From assembly GCA_048268245.1 (NCBI GenBank), contig JBLWVX010000039.1:1-19153 (forward strand): DNA of 19,153 nucleotides, written 5' to 3'. How positions within the stretch are numbered: the stretch's first letter is position 1; every line of letters begins with the position of its first letter. Origin of the DNA: Arcobacteraceae bacterium. GTDB lineage: Bacteria; Campylobacterota; Campylobacteria; Campylobacterales; Arcobacteraceae. Made by a program: the position numbers and the translations under genes. The notes beneath the pieces are model-generated. The model ran no database searches, was not told the DNA's origin, and saw only the letters and a list, made by a program, of their open reading frames with translations. Positions 1-7,349 of this stretch are shown one piece after another.

Positions 1-598
1 AGGTCACTCCATGAATTAGATTTGAAAGTAAAAATGAAACGAAGATTTAAAGTAATCTCACCAAATCATTTAAATAGAGATTTTTACAGTCATTCAATAG
101 ATAAAATATATGTAGGAGATATTACATATATTCCAACTAATGAAGGATGGTTATATTTAGATGTGGTAATTGATATCTACTCAAAAAAAGTAGTTGGATG
201 GTCAATGAGTCATTCTCTTCATACTTCACTTGTAAATGATGCTCTTATGATGGCAATTAAAAGAAGAGTTCCAAATAAAGGATTAATTTATCATACAGAT
301 AGGGGGGAGTCAATATGCCTCTTATGAACATAAGAATTTACTCAATAAGTATGGAATAATTCAAAGTATGAGTAAAAAAGGTGACTGTTGGGATAATGCA
401 GTTGCCGAGAGCTTTTTTCATAGTTTAAAGACTGAGCTTATCCATCATGAGAAATTTATTTCAAGAAAAGAAGCTAATGAGAAGATATTTGAATACATAG
501 AGATTTTTTATAATAGGCAGAGATTACATTCTTCAAATAACTATTTATCTCCAAGTGATTTTGAAGATAAAATGTTACATTTAGAAATGGTTAGTTAA
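1..598 (+). pseudogene. IS3-family transposase OrfB (rve integrase core), frameshifted
   Basis: Frame 1 is open from base 1. An extra G in the G6 run (302-307) breaks the D-R-G-S-Q-Y motif; removing it joins ORFs 22..327 and 368..598 (...[35 protein letters not shown]...). Confidence 0.85.
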
Positions 599-610
599 TT
601 TAGAAATTTT

Positions 611-636
611 GTGTCCTATTTTCTGTTGACAGATCA
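611..636 (+). repeat. IS3 right terminal inverted repeat (IRR)
   Basis: Reverse complement reads TGATCTGTCAACAGAAAATAGGACAC, a typical IS3 TG...GGACA end, 13 nt after the transposase stop. The partner IRL lies outside the window. Confidence 0.75.
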
Positions 637-653
637 AGCATCTTATTATAGTT

Positions 654-1421
654 CTATATCATCCTCTCCTGCCCAATCCGATAAAGAGCAAAATCATACT
701 TCACAGGATCACTTATATCAAACTCTTTTAGTTTTTCAGTTATTAAAAGTGCTGATTTTAAATCATAGGTTTTTCTATCAAGTAAAGCTAGTTTTTGCGA
801 TACTTTAAAAGTATGGGTATCTAGTGGTAGGATTAGGTCTTTTTTGTTTATTTTTTTCCAAAGTCCCATATCAAGTTCATCTTCTCTTACCATCCATCGA
901 AGGAACATATTCCATCTTTTGTATGGGGCATTTCCTATTTCTTTTATTTTTCCTTGTTTATCTCTTTTAAAAGGACTTGATACTAAGAAAGTGAAGCCTT
1001 GTGATTTGTAGTTTGCTATTTGGTGGATTTTTGTGATTAGAGTGTCTAGACCTTCTAGGATATTATTCTCTTTTTTGTACCCTTCATAAAAAAGCTCTTG
1101 TAAGCTTTGATCTTTTTTCATTTTCGAGAAGGTTTTAAAGATTGTTTTTATATCTTCACTATTTTGAAACCTATAATAGTATCCATCTAGTTTTTCATCT
1201 ATTACCTCATCACTTTCATCTAAAAGTGAAAAGTCAAGGGAGTCTAAAAACTTTACTATTAGTCTTGCATTTCCATATGCAAAAAGTGCACATAAAAGTA
1301 TGATATATTCATCATCATATCTACTTGCCACTAAAAGTGGGTCTGGTTTATCGTATGACAATTCACAGTTATTATTTCTACTACAAACTTCTTTATCTAA
1401 AAGCTCTTTTATATTTTCCAT
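654..1421 (-). CDS. TIGR02757 / DUF2400 family protein
   Basis: Motifs ALFAYGN, YKRWNMFLRWMVR, PLDTHT and DPVKYDFALY; RBS AGGA. Confidence 0.88.
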   Translation of the reverse strand: MENIKELLDKEVCSRNNNCELSYDKPDPLLVASRYDDEYIILLCALFAYGNARLIVKFLDSLDFSLLDESDEVIDEKLDGYYYRFQNSEDIKTIFKTFSKMKKDQSLQELFYEGYKKENNILEGLDTLITKIHQIANYKSQGFTFLVSSPFKRDKQGKIKEIGNAPYKRWNMFLRWMVREDELDMGLWKKINKKDLILPLDTHTFKVSQKLALLDRKTYDLKSALLITEKLKEFDISDPVKYDFALYRIGQERMI

Positions 1422-1442
1422 AATCCTACCTAATTTTCAGTT

Positions 1443-1451
1443 TGGTATAAT
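1443..1451 (+). promoter_or_regulatory. Extended -10 promoter element of the nitroreductase-SDR operon
   Basis: TGGTATAAT (TGnTATAAT) 27 nt upstream of ATG 1479. Confidence 0.65.
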
Positions 1452-1478
1452 AACAAGAAATTAAAAAAAAGAGTTTAA

Positions 1479-2060
1479 ATGAACTATCAAAAACTAAAAA
1501 CTTTAATCCAAAATGCAAGAACTACAAGAAGATTTAAAAAAGATGAAAAAGTAAATCTTGAAGACTTAAAAGAGCTTATTGACCTAGCACGAATAACTTC
1601 TAGTGCTAAAAATATGCAACCTATAAAATACATCCTTGTTACTAAAGAAGAAGATGTACTAAAGCTAGCTAGAAGTGCTTCTTGGGCTAGTCATTTAGAA
1701 GACTGGTCTCAAAGTGAAGAAGAGAGACCAAGTGCTTTTATTTTAATGTTAAATGATCAAATGATAGATGGTTTTCCTATGTTTGATGCAGGTGCTTCTT
1801 TTACAGCTATTTCTTTAGCTGCAAAAGCAAAAGGTTTAGCTACAGCACCTCTTGCTTCAATAGATAAACAGTTATGTCGTAAGCTTTTTGTAATTCCAGA
1901 TAATCTAGATGTTATAATAGGAATAGCTGTAGGTGTTGAAGATGAAAATATCAAGCTAGTTGATACAACAAACTTTGACACAAACTACTACAGAGAAAAA
2001 AACGACACTCATTGTGTTCCCAAAAGAGCACTAGAACAAATAATCATGGGAGAGTATTAA
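1479..2060 (+). CDS. Nitroreductase family protein (FMN-dependent)
   Basis: RTTRRF, SSAKNMQP, DAGAS...ISLAAKAKGL and C-terminal PKR motifs. Confidence 0.9.
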   Translation: MNYQKLKTLIQNARTTRRFKKDEKVNLEDLKELIDLARITSSAKNMQPIKYILVTKEEDVLKLARSASWASHLEDWSQSEEERPSAFILMLNDQMIDGFPMFDAGASFTAISLAAKAKGLATAPLASIDKQLCRKLFVIPDNLDVIIGIAVGVEDENIKLVDTTNFDTNYYREKNDTHCVPKRALEQIIMGEY

Positions 2061-2084
2061 ACTCTTTTCAAAATAGGATAATAA

Positions 2085-2906
2085 ATGCAAAATATTTTAA
2101 TCACAGGATGTTCCACAGGTATTGGACTACAAACAGCAAAAACACTTAAAGACAATGGTTATAAAGTCTATGCAAGTGCAAGAGATATAGAAGATGTTAA
2201 CTCATTAAAAGCTTTAGGCTTTGAGGCACTTAAGATTGATGTTACAAAAAAAGAGGAAATTTCACAAGCTTTGAAATATATTTTAAACAAAGATGAAAAA
2301 CTGGACGCTGTTTTCAACAACGCAGGTTATGGACAACCAGGAGCAGTTGAAGATATAAGTGTAGAAGCCCTAAAAGAACAGTTTGAAACAAACTTCTTTG
2401 GTCTTCATGAAGTTACACTTCAAGCTATGAAGATTTTTAGAGCTCAAGGCTATGGAAAAGTTATACAACACTCTTCTGTTTTAGGAATAATCTCACTTAA
2501 ATTTAGAGGTGCTTACAATGCTTCAAAATACGCTATTGAAGGTTTAGCTGATACTATGAGACAAGAGCTTATGGGAACTAATATTTTTATATCATCAATA
2601 AATACAGGACCAGTTACTTCAAAATTTAGAAAAAATGCCTTAAAAAAATTCAATAAAAATATAGATATAGAAAATAGTTTTTTTAAAGATACCTATAAAA
2701 AAGAGGTAAAAACTAGACTAGAAAATGAAAAAGATACTACACCTTTTAATCTTCCAGCAACATCAGTAGCAAATGTGATTTTAGAAATCATGAAATCAAA
2801 CAATCCAAAACCAAGATATTATGTAACAAAAGCTACATATATCTTAGGTTTCTTCAAAAGAGTTTTATCTACAAGACTTTTAGATAAACTTCTAAATAGA
2901 ATATAA
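2085..2906 (+). CDS. Short-chain dehydrogenase/reductase (YbbO-like SDR)
   Basis: TGCSTGIG, NNAG and YNASK (YxxxK) motifs; RBS AGGA. Confidence 0.93.
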   Translation: MQNILITGCSTGIGLQTAKTLKDNGYKVYASARDIEDVNSLKALGFEALKIDVTKKEEISQALKYILNKDEKLDAVFNNAGYGQPGAVEDISVEALKEQFETNFFGLHEVTLQAMKIFRAQGYGKVIQHSSVLGIISLKFRGAYNASKYAIEGLADTMRQELMGTNIFISSINTGPVTSKFRKNALKKFNKNIDIENSFFKDTYKKEVKTRLENEKDTTPFNLPATSVANVILEIMKSNNPKPRYYVTKATYILGFFKRVLSTRLLDKLLNRI

Positions 2907-2934
2907 AGAGAAAGTTTTAAACCTTCTCTTTATA
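2902..2934. terminator. Probable bidirectional terminator hairpin between the SDR and Thg1-like genes
   Basis: TATAAAGAGAA (2902-2912) pairs with TTCTCTTTATA (2924-2934); the hairpin overlaps both stop codons. Confidence 0.65.
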
Positions 2935-3681
2935 AATATTTTTTACAACTTTTGAAAACTCATCAATTGTTTGAAAAGTATATTTATCTAATTTATCAGA
3001 ATCTGTAGGAATATATAAAGTTGCTAAACTAAATATTTTTTCAACATCATTTAATAAGTTTAATTCTTTTATTTTCAAACAATAGTAATCTATGTTATTG
3101 TAATTTAATTCACTATATAACTCATCATCACAAACACCTTTAATTCTCAATAATTTAGATATTGAATTTCGAATAAAAATCGCATACCTATATATCAAGT
3201 AATTAGATACTTGTTCCAATGAATTTAATATAATCGGACGACCATCAAAAGCACCTTTAATCTTATTATCTTTATTTATTGATTGAGAACCTGACATAGT
3301 AAAAAAAGAACTAAAAGTTGATGCTAATGTAGTGACAGTTTTAAATGTCCTTCTTTCATATTGTTTTTCATTAGGGTTTAAAACTATAGAAACTTCATCT
3401 GAACAAATAATGAAACCTAAAAAAATATTCTTTTCAATATTATCTTTGAAATTCTTATACAATACACCATACGTTGAATATAAAGATTGAATCATTAGAT
3501 TATTAAATCTTTTATTACTCATACTATTTTTTAGATATTTTTTGCTTAAACCTATTCCATCAAGTCTAACACATAAATATTTATCTTCATTATATTTAGA
3601 TATTACCTCAGACTCTTTTTCAATTTCTTTAAAAGACAAGTCTAATTCACAATATTTTTTTAACATTTGTTTATTTAACAT
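2917..3681 (-). CDS. Divergent Thg1-like protein (tRNA(His) guanylyltransferase family / 3'-5' polymerase)
   Basis: Thg1 motifs in the expected order: VRLDG (R39, D41), SDEVS (D95, E96), RRTFK (K114), FDGR (R148) and YLIYR...RN (N172). Confidence 0.85.
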   Translation of the reverse strand: MLNKQMLKKYCELDLSFKEIEKESEVISKYNEDKYLCVRLDGIGLSKKYLKNSMSNKRFNNLMIQSLYSTYGVLYKNFKDNIEKNIFLGFIICSDEVSIVLNPNEKQYERRTFKTVTTLASTFSSFFTMSGSQSINKDNKIKGAFDGRPIILNSLEQVSNYLIYRYAIFIRNSISKLLRIKGVCDDELYSELNYNNIDYYCLKIKELNLLNDVEKIFSLATLYIPTDSDKLDKYTFQTIDEFSKVVKNIYKEKV

Positions 3682-3818
3682 TATTTACCTTTTGAACCTT
3701 TATTATTTGGATTCATTTGAGCACCTCTATTTCCATGAACTTTTGCATTTGCATTATTTGTTCCACTTGTACCTTTATTTGAATTAGCTTGATTTGCTTT
3801 ATGATTATTATTTGCCAT
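3681..3818 (-). CDS. 45-aa Asn/Gly/Lys-rich small protein, not in the ORF track: MANNNHKANQANSNKGTSGTNNANAKVHGNRGAQMNPNNKGSKGK
   Basis: ATG at 3818 with a strong RBS AAGGAG just upstream; its TAA overlaps the Thg1-like ATG (TAATG at 3683-3679); codons end almost entirely in A/T. Confidence 0.85.
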   Translation of the reverse strand: MANNNHKANQANSNKGTSGTNNANAKVHGNRGAQMNPNNKGSKGK

Positions 3819-3891
3819 AATAAACTCCTTTTAAATTTTCTGATAATATAATTTAATATTTAATCAGTAATGTAAGTATTACAAAGAACAA

Positions 3892-3913
3892 GGGGACAAA
3901 ATTGGGGACAAAA
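3892..3913 (+). repeat. Tandem direct repeat GGGGACAAAA x2 (12-bp period), candidate operator
   Basis: Copies at 3892-3901 and 3904-3913, flanking the TTG start at 3902; G-rich against a very AT-rich background. Confidence 0.7.
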
Positions 3914-4222
3914 GTTGGTAGTAATAAAAATTTTAGAAAATTATGGGAAATCTTTTATAAAGAAATTCAAACAAACAAAAAATTTACCCCTAAAACATTA
4001 CATGGATTTAGTAAATATTACATTGAAGGAAATCCTCATATCGAGACAACAGCAAAAAATTTAAAAAGAAAACTTGAAAGATGGAAAGAAAGAATAGAAA
4101 CAAATAACAACTTTCAAAATAATACATATCTTGAGCTTGAAGAATACTATAAGTTTATAAAAAGTTCATATTTTAAACATGAATTATTAGAAGATGAAGA
4201 TATCGAACACTGGTTCGATTAA
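3902..4222 (+). CDS. Hypothetical 106-aa protein, possibly a DNA-binding regulator
   Basis: TTG start after AAGGGG; TATAAT at 3848-3853; basic, probably helical core (KNLKRKLERWKER) and acidic tail. No family recognised with certainty. Confidence 0.65.
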   Translation: MGTKVGSNKNFRKLWEIFYKEIQTNKKFTPKTLHGFSKYYIEGNPHIETTAKNLKRKLERWKERIETNNNFQNNTYLELEEYYKFIKSSYFKHELLEDEDIEHWFD

Positions 4223-4710
4223 TCTTCTTTTGATGAACATTTTTTATATTTTTTTTCTAATTCATCTTCAACCCATGCTTTATCTTTTGAAAGGGTCTTT
4301 GTAATAAAAGAACTCATCTTTTTTACCACACAAAAACAATTATCCCTAACTTCATCAGTAGAACCAAATTTATCAATACATTTTTTCATCATTTTGTATT
4401 CAGTTTCAAGCTTAGTTCTAGCAATAACTGCGTATGTTAACACAGCTGTTCCTGATACATATAAAACCTCACTTGAAACTAACTCTTTATCTTCTAATAC
4501 TGCTCCAGCAGACACTCCTGCCATTAAACTTCCCAAAATTACAATTCCATTTGATTTATATTTAACCATAGAGCCATTTATTGGCTTTTTACAATTTTTA
4601 CATTTAATTGTTTGAGAAAGATTAATTGTATTTTCTTCTTCACAATGGTGACATTCTACTATTAAAGCTGAATCATCATTTTTTGTTAATAGTTTTTCGT
4701 TGTTTGACAT
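4219..4710 (-). CDS. Hypothetical zinc-ribbon membrane protein with a Cys-rich C-terminal domain
   Basis: CHHC...CKNC pair, hydrophobic segments GIVILGSLMAGVSAGAVL and VLYVSGTAVLTYAVIA, four C-terminal Cys (C, CFC, C). Confidence 0.75.
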   Translation of the reverse strand: MSNNEKLLTKNDDSALIVECHHCEEENTINLSQTIKCKNCKKPINGSMVKYKSNGIVILGSLMAGVSAGAVLEDKELVSSEVLYVSGTAVLTYAVIARTKLETEYKMMKKCIDKFGSTDEVRDNCFCVVKKMSSFITKTLSKDKAWVEDELEKKYKKCSSKED

Positions 4711-4787
4711 AGTACTCTTTTAAATAATATTTTAATAAGGTATTATATATTAAAAATTTAAAAATTATATAAAATATGTAAGGATAT

Positions 4788-4817
4788 AAAAAGAAGGAAT
4801 TAAATTCCTTTCTTTTT
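4788..4817. terminator. Intrinsic terminator after the NhaC-family gene
   Basis: AAAAAGAAGGAAT-TAA-ATTCCTTTCTTTTT hairpin with A/T tails on both sides, directly at the stop codon. Confidence 0.75.
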
Positions 4818-6522
4818 ATTTTGTTATGTAAGCTTTCCCATAAAATCTGATTACTAAGAATACTACAAGTAATCCAATTGGTAATAAGAAGTATACAGGT
4901 ACTCCAAATGCAGCTGGGATATATCCACAAACAATAGCAACAGCCCCTACAAACAATGCATAAGGTAATTGCGTAGCGATGTGATCCATGTGGTTACAAG
5001 ATGAAGCCATTGATGATAAGATAGATGTATCAGAAATAGGCGAACAATGATCCCCAAAAATAGCACCTGTTAATACAGCCCCTACATTTAGGACAATATA
5101 ACTATGAAGTTCATTCCCTTCTAAACCTGTATGAATTCCTACAGCACTTGCTAAAGGAATTGTTAAAGGCATTAAAATTCCCATTGTTCCATAAGATGTT
5201 CCTGTTGAGAAAGAGATGATAGAACCAAGTATAAAAATCACAGTTGGTAAAATAAACTGAGGTGTACTATCTGATAAAAGTGTTACAAGATATTGAGCAG
5301 TTCCTAGCTCTTTCATCACAGAAGATAAAGACCAAGCAAGGATTAAAATCACAGCCGTAATAACTAAAGCTTTAACTCCATAAACCCAAGTCTCAATAGC
5401 TTCATGTAATGAGAAAATCTTTTGTTGTAAACCCATACCAATAGCAACAAGAGAAGCTAATAATGCAGCTTCAAAGATTACAATAGAAGCATCAGCAGCA
5501 CCAAAAGCTTCTCTAATTGCTTCAAAAGAGTAAGGAGCAGCTTCTACAATCTTTAAAGCTTCACCTTCAAGTCCTGAAACACCATTTACATAAAATCCTA
5601 CAATAGAAACTATAATAAGTACAAAAATAGGAATAATTGCATTAAAAATAGAATAAGTAACATCTTCTTTAGGCATCATAAATGAGTTTTCTTGATTCAT
5701 TAAAGTACTATCTGTTTTAGGGTTTGTTAATTCACCTTTTTCATATGCTCTTTTTGAAGCTTCATACATAGGTCCAAAATCTCTAAGTGTGAAAGCTGTA
5801 AAGAAAACAAAGGCAAGCATTAGGATATTATAAAATCTATAAGGAAGTGTTTCTACAAAAACAGCAAAAGCATTTACCTCTGGCTGTCCAATAGCAACAT
5901 AGGCATCTTTAATAAGTGATAGCTCATATCCAACCCAAGTAGAGATAAGTGCAAGTCCTGCAATAGGTGCAGCTGTTGAGTCAATAATAAATGCTAATTT
6001 TTCTCTAGCAACTTTTAGTTTATCTGTTACAGGTCTCATAATAGGCCCAACAACTAATGAGTTTGCATAATCATCAAAGAAGATAAAAAATCCCATTACC
6101 CATGTATAAAGTTGTGCAGTTGCAGGAGTTTTAGCTTTTGAAGCAAGCTTAATAGCAATAGCTCTAGGCCCTCCCATTTTTGTAATAACAGCAATCATAC
6201 CACCAATTGTTAGAACTTGAAGAACAATACCTGCATTCCATGAGTCTGCAAGGGAACCAACCATTTTTGATGACATATCAACTAAAGCATTAAAAAAAGT
6301 TGCGAAGATATTCGCACCTGTGATATTTACCATAAAAGTTCCGGTAAATATACCCATAAATAAAGAAAAGATTACATTTCTTGTTACAAATGCTAATACA
6401 ATAGCAACTAATGGAGGAAGTAAGGTTAAAGCTCCAAAGGTAACAGAATTATCTTTTGTATCTGCTAGTAAGGCTATAGGAAGAATAGCTACTAGTATAA
6501 AAGTTTTTAAAAAACTAGTCAA
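4816..6522 (-). CDS. Na+/H+ antiporter NhaC family protein
   Basis: FFDDYAN, REKLAFIIDSTAAP, FSTGTSYGTMGI and GAIFGDHCSPISDT motifs. Start moved to TTG 6522 because AAAGGA precedes it and TATAAT lies at 6559-6554. Confidence 0.9.
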   Translation of the reverse strand: MTSFLKTFILVAILPIALLADTKDNSVTFGALTLLPPLVAIVLAFVTRNVIFSLFMGIFTGTFMVNITGANIFATFFNALVDMSSKMVGSLADSWNAGIVLQVLTIGGMIAVITKMGGPRAIAIKLASKAKTPATAQLYTWVMGFFIFFDDYANSLVVGPIMRPVTDKLKVAREKLAFIIDSTAAPIAGLALISTWVGYELSLIKDAYVAIGQPEVNAFAVFVETLPYRFYNILMLAFVFFTAFTLRDFGPMYEASKRAYEKGELTNPKTDSTLMNQENSFMMPKEDVTYSIFNAIIPIFVLIIVSIVGFYVNGVSGLEGEALKIVEAAPYSFEAIREAFGAADASIVIFEAALLASLVAIGMGLQQKIFSLHEAIETWVYGVKALVITAVILILAWSLSSVMKELGTAQYLVTLLSDSTPQFILPTVIFILGSIISFSTGTSYGTMGILMPLTIPLASAVGIHTGLEGNELHSYIVLNVGAVLTGAIFGDHCSPISDTSILSSMASSCNHMDHIATQLPYALFVGAVAIVCGYIPAAFGVPVYFLLPIGLLVVFLVIRFYGKAYITK

Positions 6523-6616
6523 AATAATCCTTTTATAAAAAATCAAAGCAATTATTATACTCTTAAATTTCTTTAAAGTTACAAAATAGTTAGAATAAAT
6601 TAGTTTTTTATAGTCT

Positions 6617-7264
6617 TTATTGTTGTTTCATACTTTCAATATGCTTTGAGATAAGATTATAAATAGAGCTTTCTAAAAGCTTCAAAAATTGACTTTTATT
6701 TATAAAAACATCTGTAAGTCTAAAGTCTTCTTTTAATACATCTGTTTCATTTACTAAATCTTTCACATAAAGTTCTTGACCGTTTGTATTCACAATTCTT
6801 ACTTGCATGTAAATTTTCATATAAGCAGCCTTTGCAAAGAAACTCTCATCAATCTCATACTTTTTTACATAAAGATTTATTATTGTATCTGCACCAAAAG
6901 GAACAAATCTATTTTTATAAAAACTATCCTCACTCATTTGCTTTGCAAATGAGTCTTTGATTTTATCTTCAAGAGATATATTGTATTTTTGTAAAGCTCT
7001 TTGAAAATTTAAACCCTCAGAGTTTTTTATATCAGGTCTTACACTACTTCCAACATGAATACCAACATGCTTTGAAACATATCCACCAAAACCTAGATTT
7101 AGAGATACTGGTGATTTTACAGTTTGAGCAGGTTGTGATACTACAACATAATCATTTAAAGATATAGATTTGATTTGTTTATTAAAATTTATTTGATTTG
7201 TTGAAGAACAAGCTGTAAGAAATAAAATTGTTGTAAAAAGTAAAGAGTATTTGAAAAAATACAT
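6617..7264 (-). CDS. Putative lipoprotein of unknown function
   Basis: Signal peptide with lipobox FLTA-C; RBS AAGGA; TAAAAT upstream. Confidence 0.75.
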   Translation of the reverse strand: MYFFKYSLLFTTILFLTACSSTNQINFNKQIKSISLNDYVVVSQPAQTVKSPVSLNLGFGGYVSKHVGIHVGSSVRPDIKNSEGLNFQRALQKYNISLEDKIKDSFAKQMSEDSFYKNRFVPFGADTIINLYVKKYEIDESFFAKAAYMKIYMQVRIVNTNGQELYVKDLVNETDVLKEDFRLTDVFINKSQFLKLLESSIYNLISKHIESMKQQ

Positions 7265-7316
7265 GATAATCCTTATATTTATTTTTTATATTTTATCATA
7301 ACAAATATAAGGTGTA

Positions 7317-7342
7317 TAAAAGAAGAAGTTATTCTTCTTTTA
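7317..7342 (-). terminator. Terminator after fccB
   Basis: TAAAAGAAGAA-GTTA-TTCTTCTTTTA hairpin 7 nt beyond the stop codon. Confidence 0.7.
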
Positions 7343-7349
7343 CACTTGA

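Larger units (their letters stand above)
1..636 (+). mobile_element. Right part of an IS3-family insertion sequence, truncated by the window edge
   Basis: OrfB-type DDE/rve motifs ([44 protein letters not shown]), followed by an IS3-like right end GTGTCCTATTTTCTGTTGACAGATCA finishing in CA at 636. Confidence 0.9.

Noticed and set aside
611..808. 65-aa ORF starting in the IS end
   Set aside because: Spans the IRR and runs antisense to the TIGR02757 gene; no RBS or motif.
1463..1470. A8 tract as a phase-variation site
   Set aside because: Short A runs are common at this AT content, and it lies in a leader rather than in the promoter spacer or CDS.
3542..3787. 81-aa plus-strand ORF rich in L/Y/H
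   Set aside because: Antisense shadow of the Thg1-like gene and the 45-aa peptide gene, which have the RBS and recognisable motifs.
3862..3890. dif/Xer-like site around GTAATGTAAGTATTAC
   Set aside because: Only superficially like the dif core; the XerC/XerD arms and spacing do not match.
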